The notes: generated from the letters alone by a model not told the origin. Numbered from the stretch's first letter, positions 1 to 10,105 are shown. The stretch: DNA of 64,000 nt from Gemmatimonadales bacterium (GCA_041577295.1 JBFGJG010000009.1:32001-96000); one strand, 5' to 3'. Numbers and translations: made by a program.

Positions 1-1391
1 AGAATCAGACCCAACACCACGTGAACGCTACCAAGCGCGATTGCCAGCATGAGAAACGGGACCAGCGCCTCTTCGCGATCGAACGCCAGCGGTTCGAGAC
101 CGAACCGCCGCCCGAGGTCCCCAAAGTACTCGCCGTACAGCAGTCCGGCAGCCACCGTGAACAATGCACACGCCCCGGCGATCTCCGCGATCGACCGCAG
201 GGTAGATTCCGGCTTCGCTCGTGACCGGAGGATCAGCGCCATCACCCCGAGCACCAACCCGTATCCTACGTCGCCCAGGATCACGCCGAAGAACGCCGGA
301 AAGAACACGGCGACAAACGGCGTGGGATCGATGCTACCGTACTGTGGCAACGGGAAGAGTCGAATCAGGGCTTCGAACGGACGGAGCAGGCGGGGGTTCC
401 GCAAGACAACCGGTGCTTCCTCGGCCGACCACTCCTCACGCGCCGCTTCGGACACGGCGATCTCGCCGCCGAATCGCGCGTCCAGCGTCTTGGCAAACGA
501 CTCGCGGGCGGTCGTCGGTAACCAGCCTTCGAGCGCAAAAGCACGGGGGGAGACACCCGCGAGCACCACGGCATCGAGCTCGGCCAGGCGATCGCGGATC
601 GCATCGCGTGCACGCAGAAGCTCCGGCACGACCGACCGCACGAGCGCGGACTGGTGCTGCCCCACGGTCGCGAGATCGCGGGGGATTTCCTCGAGACGCT
701 CCAGCATCCGCGGGATGGCGCTGGTCAACGAGGTGCCGTACAACCGGGGTACCGGGATCTCCTCGACCCCGGCATCGGCCATGAGGTGCTCGACTTTGGG
801 CGCGATCTTCGCAGGCACTAAGATCAGGACCGCGGTCTCGCTGGGTGAGAGCGGCTGCGTGTAAAGCTCGAATTCTTCTCCCACCACGCCGGTTAAGCTG
901 GAACGCAACGTGGTGAGGGCTTCTCCCTCACGGGTCTTGAGGAGGATGTGATAGGCGGTGGTGTTGGGCCACCGGGCGGCGGCATCGAGCATCGAGCGAA
1001 ACGCGGTGAAGAAGTGCTGATACTTGCGCAGCAACGCGCGTTCTTCCACCAGCTCGGTTTGCCGCAGATCCAACTGCTCGGCCGTGCGGCGCGTCCGCTG
1101 GGCCATGCGCGCCCAGCGGGCAAAGTCACCAATGGAGGGTCGGGCGCTTGGGGTCGCGAGGAGCCGCGGGCCCGGACGCAAGAGCTCCAGCGTCGACTCG
1201 ATATCACGGAGCACGCGGCTCAGCTGATGTCGTTGTCGTTCGAGCCGCGGCGTGAGCACCGCGGGCTCCAAGGGCGCCCTGGCGAACGGTTCCGCGAGAT
1301 GCAGCACGCCGAGATCCTGCACCGCCCGCAAAACTTCCGTGAGCCGGTCTCGGGGGCCGAGAATGCGCAAGCGAGACATCTTGGTGATCAT
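1..1391 (-). CDS. ntpI: V/A-type ATP synthase subunit I, 3'-truncated by the window edge
   Basis: Absent from the ORF track because it has no stop in the window. Manual translation from ATG 1391: MITKMSRLRILG...FALEGWLP...APVVLRNPRLLRPFE...PQYGSIDPTPFVAVFFPAFFGVILGDVGYGLVL, the typical subunit I motifs. ATGA overlap with the upstream gene. Confidence 0.92.
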   Translation of the reverse strand, partial: MITKMSRLRILGPRDRLTEVLRAVQDLGVLHLAEPFARAPLEPAVLTPRLERQRHQLSRVLRDIESTLELLRPGPRLLATPSARPSIGDFARWARMAQRTRRTAEQLDLRQTELVEERALLRKYQHFFTAFRSMLDAAARWPNTTAYHILLKTREGEALTTLRSSLTGVVGEEFELYTQPLSPSETAVLILVPAKIAPKVEHLMADAGVEEIPVPRLYGTSLTSAIPRMLERLEEIPRDLATVGQHQSALVRSVVPELLRARDAIRDRLAELDAVVLAGVSPRAFALEGWLPTTARESFAKTLDARFGGEIAVSEAAREEWSAEEAPVVLRNPRLLRPFEALIRLFPLPQYGSIDPTPFVAVFFPAFFGVILGDVGYGLVLGVMALILRSRAKPESTLRSIAEIAGACALFTVAAGLLYGEYFGDLGRRFGLEPLAFDREEALVPFLMLAIALGSVHVVLGLI

Positions 1392-1807
1392 CGTCGCCCC
1401 TCGGCGACCCCAATCACCGGCTCGAGCAACCGTGCGATCAGCGTCTCGATCCGTACGTCCGACACTGCTTCGAACGTCGACACCTGCTTGCGGACATCGC
1501 TCGCAATTTCCTCGAGCGCCCGATCGCGTTCGAGCTCGATCGCCGCACGCGCCCGCTCGGCTCGGCCGTCCACCTCGCGCTCCAACGCCGTGTCTGTTGC
1601 CTCGGCATGACGCGTGGCGTTCTCGATGATCGCGCGAGCCTCTCCCCGCACCTCATGCAACAGTTCATCGAGCCGCGTTTCCGTGGCAACGAGCGCAGCG
1701 AAGTCACCCGCCGTTGGACGAGCGGCACCCGTGGATCGCGCGCTTCTCGATCGTCTGGACACGGATGGGGTACACCTCGATGGAGAAACCCCCGGGTTGC
1801 GTGCCAC
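1388..1807 (-). CDS. V/A-type ATPase peripheral stalk subunit (G/H-like coiled coil)
   Basis: Ala/Glu/Arg-rich helical protein, GGGAGG RBS before the GTG, coupled to subunit I, and in the usual first-gene position of the operon. Confidence 0.7.
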   Translation of the reverse strand: MARNPGVSPSRCTPSVSRRSRSARSTGAARPTAGDFAALVATETRLDELLHEVRGEARAIIENATRHAEATDTALEREVDGRAERARAAIELERDRALEEIASDVRKQVSTFEAVSDVRIETLIARLLEPVIGVAEGRR

Positions 1808-1986
1808 ACTTCCCCTCCCTCCCGAGGCGAATCTCGCCGTTTGCTGTTAACTGAGGGTGTAACACCGAATTAATGCTTTCTTAAGCAGTCGGCTTCTACG
1901 ATGACCTAAAACCTGCCTCTATCCGGGCCGTCGACGAACAGGCCCACTCCGCCGACGACCCACGGGTCACGGACCGGAGCGACACG
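1808..1986. promoter_or_regulatory. Divergent promoter region, ATPase operon / hydrogenase operon
   Basis: AT-richer intergenic region with palindromes GGTGT-A-ACACC (1856-1866) and TGCTT-N4-AAGCA (1874-1887). Confidence 0.5.
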
Positions 1987-3141
1987 ATGTTCTTTCCGAC
2001 TTCGCATCCTTGGGCCTACGGCGAGACCTTGGGCGAGCACCTCGCTCAGCGCGGTATCAACCGAAGAGATTTTCTGGCGTTTTGCGCAGAATTCACGGCC
2101 ATTCTGGGATTGAGCAGTGCGTTGACGCCCAAAGTGGCCAGAGCGCTGCAGCAGGTGAAGCGCCCCAGCGTCATCTGGATTCAATTGCAGGAGTGTACCG
2201 GCTGCGTTGAGAGCGTCCTGCGGACAGCCGAGCCGACGATCGGCGATCTGGTGCTCGACCTCGTTTCGCTCGATTACAGCCACACGATCATGGCGGCTGC
2301 GGGCCAAGCAGCAGAGAGTGCGCTGCACCAAGCCATGGAGGACAACCACGGTCAGTATCTCCTGATCGTGACCGGGTCAGTCCCGCTCGCGGACGACGGC
2401 ATCTATACGACGATCGCGGGTCGGACGGCCAAGGACGTGCTGGAAGAAGCCGCCGCCGGTGCCGCTGCAGTCATTGCGGTGGGTGCATGCGCGCACTGGG
2501 GGAGTGTACAGGCGGCGCGACCCAACCCGACGGGCGCTGTAGGCGTGTCCGACATTGTGCGCAACAAACCGGTTGTCAACGTGGCGGGCTGCCCGCCCAT
2601 CGGCGATGTAGTCACCGCGACGGTCGTGCACTTCCTCACGTTCGGTCGGGTTCCCGCACTCGACTATGACGGCCGGCCGCTGTTTGCCTATGGGGCGCGC
2701 ATTCACGATCAGTGTCCGCGGCGGGCACATTTCGACGCCGGGCAGTACGTCCAAGAGTTCGATGATGAAGCGGCGCGTAAGGGATGGTGCCTGTACCGGG
2801 TTGGTTGCAAGGGGCCCGCGACGTTCTCTCCGTGTCCCATCTTTCAGTGGAACACCCGCACCAATTGGCCCATTGGCGCCGGGCACCCGTGTATCGGATG
2901 TACCGAGCGTCAATTCTGGGACACCATGAGCCCCTTCTACGAGCGGCTGCCGGATGTCGCCGGCTTTGGGATCGAGCGTCGCGTTGACACGATTGGCGCG
3001 GCACTAGCCGTTGGCGCTGCCGCGGGCGTGGGAGCCCATGCCATCGCAACCGGCGTCCACCGGATGCGACAACGCCGCGCGCTCCCCGTGGTGGAGCGGC
3101 CACCAGAAGAGCCGCAGGGAAAGGAGGGCTCCGGTGGCTAG
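1987..3141 (+). CDS. hyaA: [NiFe]-hydrogenase small subunit (group 1, Tat-exported, C-terminal TM anchor)
   Basis: NRRDFL Tat motif, ECTGC, GCPP, HDQCPRR, WCLYRVGCKGP, GHPCIGC, hydrophobic C-terminal helix. Confidence 0.96.
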   Translation: MFFPTSHPWAYGETLGEHLAQRGINRRDFLAFCAEFTAILGLSSALTPKVARALQQVKRPSVIWIQLQECTGCVESVLRTAEPTIGDLVLDLVSLDYSHTIMAAAGQAAESALHQAMEDNHGQYLLIVTGSVPLADDGIYTTIAGRTAKDVLEEAAAGAAAVIAVGACAHWGSVQAARPNPTGAVGVSDIVRNKPVVNVAGCPPIGDVVTATVVHFLTFGRVPALDYDGRPLFAYGARIHDQCPRRAHFDAGQYVQEFDDEAARKGWCLYRVGCKGPATFSPCPIFQWNTRTNWPIGAGHPCIGCTERQFWDTMSPFYERLPDVAGFGIERRVDTIGAALAVGAAAGVGAHAIATGVHRMRQRRALPVVERPPEEPQGKEGSGG

Positions 3142-4849
3142 GACAAAGGTCGTCGTCGATCCGATCACGCGGATCGAAGGGCACTTGCGCATCGAGGTAC
3201 AAGCTGAGGATGGACGCATCGCGGATGCATGGTCCTCTTCCACGCAGTTTCGCGGTATCGAGATCATCATGCAGGGACGTGATCCGCGCGACGCGTGGGC
3301 GTTTACACAGCGCATTTGTGGCGTGTGCACGGTGGTCCATGCCGTCGCCTCGTGCCGGGCCGTGGAAGACGCCTTGGACATCCGAATCCCGCCGAACGCC
3401 AACCTCATCCGGAATCTCGTACACGGCATGCAGTTCGTTCAGGATCACGTGATCCACTTTTATCACCTACACGCCTTGGACTGGGTTGACGTGGTGAGCG
3501 CACTCGACGCCGATCCGGACGCAACGGCGCGGATTGCCCGACAGGTCTCCCCCTGGCCCAACAACTCCGGAACGTACTTTGGCGAGATACAAGATCGTCT
3601 GCGGACCTTCGTCTCATCCGGCCAGCTCGGGATCTTCACCAATGGGTATTGGGGCCATCCGGCGTACAAGCTCCCGCCCGAGGTCAACCTCTTGGCAGTC
3701 GCTCATTACCTGGAAGCGCTCGATTGGCAACGAGACGTCATCCGCCTGCACACGGTCTTTGGCGGAAAGAACCCCCACCCGAATTTTCTGGTGGGCGGCA
3801 TGGCGTCGGCAATCAATCTCGACGACACGGCCACCATCAATGCGGAGCGCCTGACCGACATTCACGACATGATCAAGCGGGCGCGCCGTTTCGTGGAACA
3901 AGTCTATTGGCCGGACCTGCTGGCTATCGCCGGCTTTTATAAGGATTGGGCGGCGATAGGCGGTGGAACGGGAAATTATCTCGCCTGTGGTGAATTCCCA
4001 GACACCGACGTGCGTGAGGTCGACTCCCTGTACTTCCCGCCTGGGATCATCATCGGGAAGAATCTCGATCAGGTGTGGTCATACGACCACCAGAAGGTCA
4101 AAGAGTACGTCACCCACTCATGGTACGAGTACGCCGGAGGGAACGAAATTGGCCTCCATCCATGGGACGGCGAGACCAAGGCGAAGTACACGGGGCCACC
4201 CCCGCCGTGGCAGTACGTCCAGGACTTCGATGAATACACCTGGATGAAGGCGCCGCGCTACGACGAGCGTCCGATGGAGGTGGGTCCGTTGGCGCGCATG
4301 CTCGTGGCGTTCGCCGCCGGACACGAGGACGTGCGAGAGCTCGTGGCAGAGGTGCTCAACCGGCTGAACGTCGGCCCGGCAGCCCTGTTCTCGACCCTCG
4401 GCCGCACCGCTGCCCGCGGGATCGAAACCGTGCTCTTGGCGCGTCGCTTGGAGCGATGGTATGCAGATCTCGTCGCCCGCATCAAGGGCGGCGATACCAC
4501 AACGTTCACGCGAGAACGCTGGGATCCCGACACGTGGCCCAGCGAGGCACAGGGCTACGGCTATCTCGACGCACCACGGGGCGCGTTGGGACACTGGGTG
4601 CAAATTGCCAACGGCAAGATCTCGCGGTACCAGTGCGTCGTGCCGAGCACGTGGAACTGCTCGCCGCGCGATGCCAAGGGAGTGATGGGCCCCTACGAAG
4701 CGGCGCTCGTGGACAACCACCCCTTGGTGGATCCGGCACGTCCCATCGAGATCCTCAGGACGATCCATTCGTTCGACCCCTGCATGGCGTGCGGTGTGCA
4801 CGTGCTCGACGCCGAGGGCAGCACCGTGACCGAGGTGAAGGTCCAGTGA
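3134..4849 (+). CDS. hyaB: [NiFe]-hydrogenase large subunit
   Basis: DPITRIEGH, L1 QRICGVC, L2 SFDPCMACGVH followed by a cleavable tail. GTG start at 3134 after AAGGAGG. Confidence 0.97.
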   Translation: MARTKVVVDPITRIEGHLRIEVQAEDGRIADAWSSSTQFRGIEIIMQGRDPRDAWAFTQRICGVCTVVHAVASCRAVEDALDIRIPPNANLIRNLVHGMQFVQDHVIHFYHLHALDWVDVVSALDADPDATARIARQVSPWPNNSGTYFGEIQDRLRTFVSSGQLGIFTNGYWGHPAYKLPPEVNLLAVAHYLEALDWQRDVIRLHTVFGGKNPHPNFLVGGMASAINLDDTATINAERLTDIHDMIKRARRFVEQVYWPDLLAIAGFYKDWAAIGGGTGNYLACGEFPDTDVREVDSLYFPPGIIIGKNLDQVWSYDHQKVKEYVTHSWYEYAGGNEIGLHPWDGETKAKYTGPPPPWQYVQDFDEYTWMKAPRYDERPMEVGPLARMLVAFAAGHEDVRELVAEVLNRLNVGPAALFSTLGRTAARGIETVLLARRLERWYADLVARIKGGDTTTFTRERWDPDTWPSEAQGYGYLDAPRGALGHWVQIANGKISRYQCVVPSTWNCSPRDAKGVMGPYEAALVDNHPLVDPARPIEILRTIHSFDPCMACGVHVLDAEGSTVTEVKVQ

Positions 4850-5583
4850 GCAGCCCAACCACGGCGCGTCCGAGAGAGCCGTCGCACGTCACCGATGCGG
4901 CGCGAGGCCGTTACCGCTGGGTCTACCTCTGGCATTGGCCGATTCGCGCCATGCACTGGGCTGCCGCTCTGAGCATTGTCGTGCTCGTTGTGACCGGCTT
5001 GTACATCGCGAATCCATTTTTCATGACGGGTGGTGAGGGAACACCCCGTTTTGCCATGGGCTGGATGCGGTTTCTCCACTTCGCCGCGGCCGCGGTCCTT
5101 GTCGCCACCGGCATCGTCCGGGTGTACTCGCTCATTGCAGGCAACAAGTTCGAACGCTTTCCGGCGCTCTTTCCGGTCCGCACCCGCGACTGGGTGAACT
5201 TGTGGAGAATGATCAAGAAGTATCTGATGATTCGCCCGGAGTCCGAGCCGCATTACCTCGGCCATCATCCACTCCAGCAGCTGGGCTACACAACGATCTA
5301 CCTCGTCACCGCCGCCCAAGTGGTGACGGGATTCGCCATGTACGGTCAAGCCAACCCCGGTGGGTTCTTCTACGTGACCTTCGGTTGGATCGTCCCGCTG
5401 CTCGGCGGTATTCAGGTCGTTCACTTCGTGCACCACGTGCTGTTATGGGTGTTCCTCATCTTCATCCCCATCCACGTCTATCTGGGTATTCGATCAGATG
5501 TCATGGAGCGGGAGGGCATGATCTCCTCGATCTTCAGTGGCGGGCGCTTCGTCCGATCGGACATCGAGTATGTCGATGACTGA
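4846..5583 (+). CDS. hyaC: Ni/Fe-hydrogenase b-type cytochrome subunit
   Basis: Four TM segments with His ligands (RAMHW, RFLHF, GHHPLQ, HFVHH, PIHVY). GTGA overlap with the large subunit. Confidence 0.93.
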   Translation: MSSPTTARPREPSHVTDAARGRYRWVYLWHWPIRAMHWAAALSIVVLVVTGLYIANPFFMTGGEGTPRFAMGWMRFLHFAAAAVLVATGIVRVYSLIAGNKFERFPALFPVRTRDWVNLWRMIKKYLMIRPESEPHYLGHHPLQQLGYTTIYLVTAAQVVTGFAMYGQANPGGFFYVTFGWIVPLLGGIQVVHFVHHVLLWVFLIFIPIHVYLGIRSDVMEREGMISSIFSGGRFVRSDIEYVDD

Positions 5584-6091
5584 TCCGGACAGCGGCACGG
5601 GCACACTGGTCCTCGGGCTCGGGAACCCGCTCATGGGTGATGACGGAGTCGGTCTGGTTGCACTCAACGCACTCTGTGACCGCGTCTTCGAGCCGCGGGT
5701 GACGTTAATAGACGGTGGAACCTGGGGTATGAACCTGCTGCCGCTGATCGAGGCCGCGCAGCGGGTGTTGTTCCTCGACGCGATCAACGTCGGCGCCGAG
5801 CCGGGCGAGTTGATCGTGCTGGAGCGTTCGCAAATCCCGCGTGGCCTCGGGACCAAGCTCTCACCCCATCAGATCGACTTACGAGAGGTGCTGGCGGTGT
5901 GCGAGCTCCGAGGTTCCTTCCCGGAACACGTTGCCGCCCTCGGATTGCAACCCGACCTGGTGGACATGTCGTTGCAATTGAGCCCCGCTGTGCGAGCCGG
6001 CCTCCCCCGCCTCGTCGAGGCGGCAACGGTTCGGCTTGCCGCTTGGGGACATCTGCAGGTGCCGGCCACCGCCGCGACGACGCATGCATGA
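5576..6091 (+). CDS. hyaD: Hydrogenase maturation endopeptidase
   Basis: LVLGLGNPLMGDDGVG, DGGT, FLDAI, SPHQ. Start could be 5570. Confidence 0.93.
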   Translation: MTDPDSGTGTLVLGLGNPLMGDDGVGLVALNALCDRVFEPRVTLIDGGTWGMNLLPLIEAAQRVLFLDAINVGAEPGELIVLERSQIPRGLGTKLSPHQIDLREVLAVCELRGSFPEHVAALGLQPDLVDMSLQLSPAVRAGLPRLVEAATVRLAAWGHLQVPATAATTHA

Positions 6092-6344
6092 GATGAGCAT
6101 TGCGCTGGAAGTCGGGCGTATGGCGGAACGGCAGCTGGGGAGAGCGCAGATCCCCTTGGTCGTGGCCGTCGGCCTCGACGTCGGCGACGACGCGGGCGTT
6201 GAGTTCGCTGCGCTCGAATTCTGCATGGAGGCCGTGCTGACTACGCCGCCGTTCACTGGCGCGAGACCGGTCATCACCAGATGTACGGGAGATACACTGC
6301 GGCTGACATATCTGGAGGTCGATGATGGCCGTCCGAACGATTGA
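6084..6344 (+). CDS. hypA: HypA/HybF nickel metallochaperone, short form without the Zn site
   Basis: MHEMSIA N-terminus, ALEFC, C-terminal LRLTYLEVD. 86 aa, no CxxC pairs. Confidence 0.85.
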   Translation: MHEMSIALEVGRMAERQLGRAQIPLVVAVGLDVGDDAGVEFAALEFCMEAVLTTPPFTGARPVITRCTGDTLRLTYLEVDDGRPND

Positions 6345-6996
6345 AGTCCGCGAGCGCATCATGGCCACCAACGACGCGCTCGCAGCGAACGTGCGCTCCC
6401 GACTGGGGGACCACGGCGTCCCGGCGTTCAACCTCGTGTCGTCGCCCGGGTCTGGGAAGACCTCCTTGCTGGAGCGGACGCTGGAGCGGTTGGGACCCGA
6501 ACTGCGGGTGGCGATCATTACCGGAGACGTCCGGACGCAGAACGATGCCGACCGATTGGCGCGGGTGACGGACGACCTCGTTCAGGCTGTCGTCACAGGC
6601 GGGGCCTGTCACCTCGACGCACGACAGGTTCTCACGGCGCTCGACGCGATCGACCTTCCACGAACGGATCTCGTCTTCATCGAGAACGTTGGCAACCTCG
6701 TTTGCCCGGCAAGTTGGGATTTGGGCGAGACCGCGAAGGTCGTGATCTTCTCCGTTACCGAAGGTGAGGATAAACCTCTCAAGTATCCCAAGATGTTCCG
6801 AGTGGCGAAGTACGCCGTTCTCAACAAGATCGATCTCCTGCCGCATGTCCCGTTTGACTTGGAACTGGCCGTGCGGTACGCGTGCCAAACCAATCCCGAG
6901 TTGCGGTTCTTCCGAACGTCGGCGCTCACTGGAGCAGGGGTCGACGAGTGGTGCACCTTCCTTCGCCACCAGGTCTACACACCCGTCGTTCAATGA
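6322..6996 (+). CDS. hypB: HypB nickel-insertion GTPase
   Basis: SSPGSGKT, GACHLDA, ENVGNLVCPA, EGEDKPLKYP, NKID. Confidence 0.96.
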   Translation: MMAVRTIEVRERIMATNDALAANVRSRLGDHGVPAFNLVSSPGSGKTSLLERTLERLGPELRVAIITGDVRTQNDADRLARVTDDLVQAVVTGGACHLDARQVLTALDAIDLPRTDLVFIENVGNLVCPASWDLGETAKVVIFSVTEGEDKPLKYPKMFRVAKYAVLNKIDLLPHVPFDLELAVRYACQTNPELRFFRTSALTGAGVDEWCTFLRHQVYTPVVQ

Positions 6997-9332
6997 CCGC
7001 GAGCACGGTGCGCTTCGCTCCCGACGTTGCACTCGAGTCGTCCGGCGAGATTTCCGCCGTGGAGCTCACGGTGGTGGGGGTCGTCCAAGGTGTCGGATTT
7101 CGACCATTCGTTCACCGCCTAGCCGTCCGGCACGCGCTGCGGGGGTGGATTCGCAACCAATCGGGTGACGTGCGAATCGCCGTCCAGGGATCGTCGGAAG
7201 CGCTCCTTGAGTTTCTGCAAGCGCTCCAGCACGAAGCCCCGTCGCTCGCTCGTATCGAGTCGGTCACGGTCACGCGAATCGACCCATTCACCGCAAGCGG
7301 CTTTCGGATCCTCAGCAGCGCCGAGCAACCGGACCAGCGTCAACCGGTCTCGCCGGACGTGGCGATCTGCGCGGCGTGCGAACGAGAGCTCTGGGATCGT
7401 GCGAATCGTCGATACCGCTATCCGTTCATCACCTGCACCGACTGCGGACCCCGTTTTACGGTGATCGAGTCGATGCCGTACGACCGTGAGCGGACCAGCA
7501 TGCGAGCGTTCGAGCAATGTCCCGCTTGCGAACGCGAGTACCGCACGCCCACGAATCGGCGTTTCCACTCAGAGACGAATTCGTGCGACGACTGTGGACC
7601 CGAAGTGTCACTGGTGCAGGCCGGCGAAGGTCGTCCGCTGGCCACCAACACCGCCGCCATCGCGACAGCAGGCGACCTCTTGCGTCTCGGGCTCATCATC
7701 GGCGTTCGCGGCCTCGGCGGGTTTCACTTGGCGACTGACGCTACCAGTGAACGGGCCGTCGTGCGACTGCGTGAGCGAAAGCATCGCAACGCAAAGCCGA
7801 TGGCCATCATGGTGCGCACCCTGGAAGAGGCAAGGTGTTTCGCTGACCTGACACCGATGGAGGAGCGAACGCTCATGTGCCCGGAGCGTCCCATCATGGT
7901 TGCGCGGAGGCGGAAGGAGGCAGCGCTAGCCCCTTCCATCGCGCCTGGTCTAAGGGACATCGGCATCATGGTGGCCTATACACCGCTGCACCATTTACTG
8001 CTCGATGAGGTGCGACGTCCACTCGTTATGACGAGCGGAAATGTCAGCGAGGAACCGATCGCGACGAGCAACGAGGATGCATTGCGCCGCCTGGGAACCA
8101 TCGCGGATGCCTTTCTCTTGCACAATCGGGATATTGTGTCGCGTTACGACGATTCCGTGGTGCGAGTGGTGAGCAGTGCGCCACTATTTCTCCGTCGAGC
8201 ACGCGGCTACGCGCCACTCCCGCTCTCCTTGCCAATACCCGCGCCAAAACCGATCGTCGCAGTTGGACCTCACCTCAAGAACACGATCACGCTGGCGCAC
8301 GGGAACAAAGCGTACGTGAGTCAGCATATCGGAGACCTCGAGAACCTCGAGACACTCGAGCACTTCCAACAGACCTATCGCCGTCAACGTGAGCTCTTTC
8401 AAGTGTTCCCCGAAATCGGGGCACGAGATCTCCACCCCGGATACCTGTCTACGAGTTTGGCGTCCGACTTAGGCCTCGCTCGTGTCATCGAGGTGCAGCA
8501 TCATCATGCGCACCTCGCAGCAGTCGCCGCCGAACATGGAGTCACGGACACGATCATCGGCGTGCTGTTTGATGGTACGGGCTACGGGACGGATGGGTGT
8601 GTGTGGGGCGCCGAGGTGTTTGCCGGAAACCTCACGGGGTATCGTCGTCTCGGTCACCTGCGCTACGTGCCTCTGGCAGGTGGGGATCTCGCGGCACGGC
8701 GCCCGTGGCGGGTAGCGCTCGGGTACTCCTCGCTGACCTCGGATGCGCAATACGCGTTCGCCCGAGCCTTCGATGGGGTCGATCCTTCTGAGCACAGACT
8801 CGCCCAACAGCAGATCGACGTTGGACTCAACGCGCCGCTGGCGTCGTCTATGGGTCGGCTGTTTGATGCCGCCGCCGCGGTGCTCGGCATCCGCCACGTC
8901 TCGCTGTACGAAGGACAGGCGGCTATGGAATTGGAGGCCCTTGCGGGATGTCTTCCGGCGACGCCACTGCCCTTCCCCATCGTCGAGGACGAAGGGGGCG
9001 TCTATCTCCTGGATCCGCTCCCACTCCTAATCGCGTTGGGATCACTGCGAGCGCATGGTCACGATATCGCCGTGCTCGCGGCCCGTTTCCATGAGAGTGT
9101 TGCACACGCCACGCTGGCGCTCGTCTCCCGCGTCGCGCAGGCCACGAGCCTCACCACGGTCGCGCTGGGTGGCGGAGTGTTCCAGAATGCGCGGTTGCTG
9201 ACGAGGACGCACGAGCTACTCGAGGAGGCGGGCCTGCAAGTCCTCCTCCCGCGACAGTTGAGTCCCAACGATGGAGCAATCAGCTACGGACAGGCGGCAG
9301 TGGCCGCCGCGGTTCTGACCGAGGAAACATGA
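6993..9332 (+). CDS. hypF: HypF carbamoyltransferase
   Basis: GVVQGVGFRPF acylphosphatase domain, two Zn fingers, QHHHAH, DGTGYG, NDGAISYGQ. ATGA overlap with hypB. Confidence 0.97.
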   Translation: MTASTVRFAPDVALESSGEISAVELTVVGVVQGVGFRPFVHRLAVRHALRGWIRNQSGDVRIAVQGSSEALLEFLQALQHEAPSLARIESVTVTRIDPFTASGFRILSSAEQPDQRQPVSPDVAICAACERELWDRANRRYRYPFITCTDCGPRFTVIESMPYDRERTSMRAFEQCPACEREYRTPTNRRFHSETNSCDDCGPEVSLVQAGEGRPLATNTAAIATAGDLLRLGLIIGVRGLGGFHLATDATSERAVVRLRERKHRNAKPMAIMVRTLEEARCFADLTPMEERTLMCPERPIMVARRRKEAALAPSIAPGLRDIGIMVAYTPLHHLLLDEVRRPLVMTSGNVSEEPIATSNEDALRRLGTIADAFLLHNRDIVSRYDDSVVRVVSSAPLFLRRARGYAPLPLSLPIPAPKPIVAVGPHLKNTITLAHGNKAYVSQHIGDLENLETLEHFQQTYRRQRELFQVFPEIGARDLHPGYLSTSLASDLGLARVIEVQHHHAHLAAVAAEHGVTDTIIGVLFDGTGYGTDGCVWGAEVFAGNLTGYRRLGHLRYVPLAGGDLAARRPWRVALGYSSLTSDAQYAFARAFDGVDPSEHRLAQQQIDVGLNAPLASSMGRLFDAAAAVLGIRHVSLYEGQAAMELEALAGCLPATPLPFPIVEDEGGVYLLDPLPLLIALGSLRAHGHDIAVLAARFHESVAHATLALVSRVAQATSLTTVALGGGVFQNARLLTRTHELLEEAGLQVLLPRQLSPNDGAISYGQAAVAAAVLTEET

Positions 9333-9793
9333 AAGTCCCGAACTCACTGCAGCACGAGCACGACGAGCTTCACGTCGAACTGGACGCGGCGGCGAGCCTC
9401 CCCGGCCGCACCGGCGAGACCGCGAAAATGGTCGCCCGAATCCTACAACCCCACTTCGTGCGTGAGCAGGATTACGCAACACCACCGCTCGGATTGCTCG
9501 CGCGAATCGCCCATGGCCGGTTCTCCCCGACGATGGCAGAGGCACTTCCGCTCACCGACAGGCTGCGATCAGAGCTACCTCTCATGATGGAGGAACATCG
9601 CGCGCTCGTCGCCGCACTGGAGGAGCTCGCCGAAGCCGCACGCGCGGAGGCCCATGGAGAAGTCGTGAAGTTCGCCGAGCGACTCATTCTGCACGCGAGG
9701 CTGGAGGAGGAGGTGCTCTATCCGGCGGCCATCGTCGTTGGCGAGTACATCAAGCTACGGCTCGCTTCCGCGGCGCATTCCGAGACCCGCTAG
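9329..9793 (+). CDS. Hemerythrin/HHE-domain protein
   Basis: Four-helix pattern HEHDELH...HFVREQ...EEH...HARLEEEVLYP. Coupled to hypF. Confidence 0.8.
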   Translation: MKVPNSLQHEHDELHVELDAAASLPGRTGETAKMVARILQPHFVREQDYATPPLGLLARIAHGRFSPTMAEALPLTDRLRSELPLMMEEHRALVAALEELAEAARAEAHGEVVKFAERLILHARLEEEVLYPAAIVVGEYIKLRLASAAHSETR

Positions 9794-9808
9794 CGAATCG
9801 GAGGACCC

Positions 9809-10105
9809 ATGTGTCTCGGCATACCAGGCAAGATCGTGGCGATGCACAGCACCAAGGGGCTCCCGATGGGCGTCGTGGATTTTGGAGGTGTTCGGCGAGA
9901 GGTCTGTCTCGCGTATGTGGCCGTGGACGCGAAGGTCGGAGACTATGCCATTGTGCACGTCGGCTTCGCGATCTCGCTGGTGGATGAGGCGGAAGCAAAG
10001 CGTACCTTCGAAATCCTCAAAGAGATGAGCCAGCTCGACGAGTTGCAGTGGATGCGCGAGGTGGCGGACCAGAGTTTGGCCTCGGCGGGAGAATCGAGCT
10101 CATGA
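9809..10105 (+). CDS. hypC: HypC chaperone
   Basis: [19 protein letters not shown]. Confidence 0.96.
   Translation: MCLGIPGKIVAMHSTKGLPMGVVDFGGVRREVCLAYVAVDAKVGDYAIVHVGFAISLVDEAEAKRTFEILKEMSQLDELQWMREVADQSLASAGESSS

Noticed and set aside
49..1610. + strand ORFs at the left edge
   Set aside because: They are antisense to ATPase subunits I and G, which explain the region.
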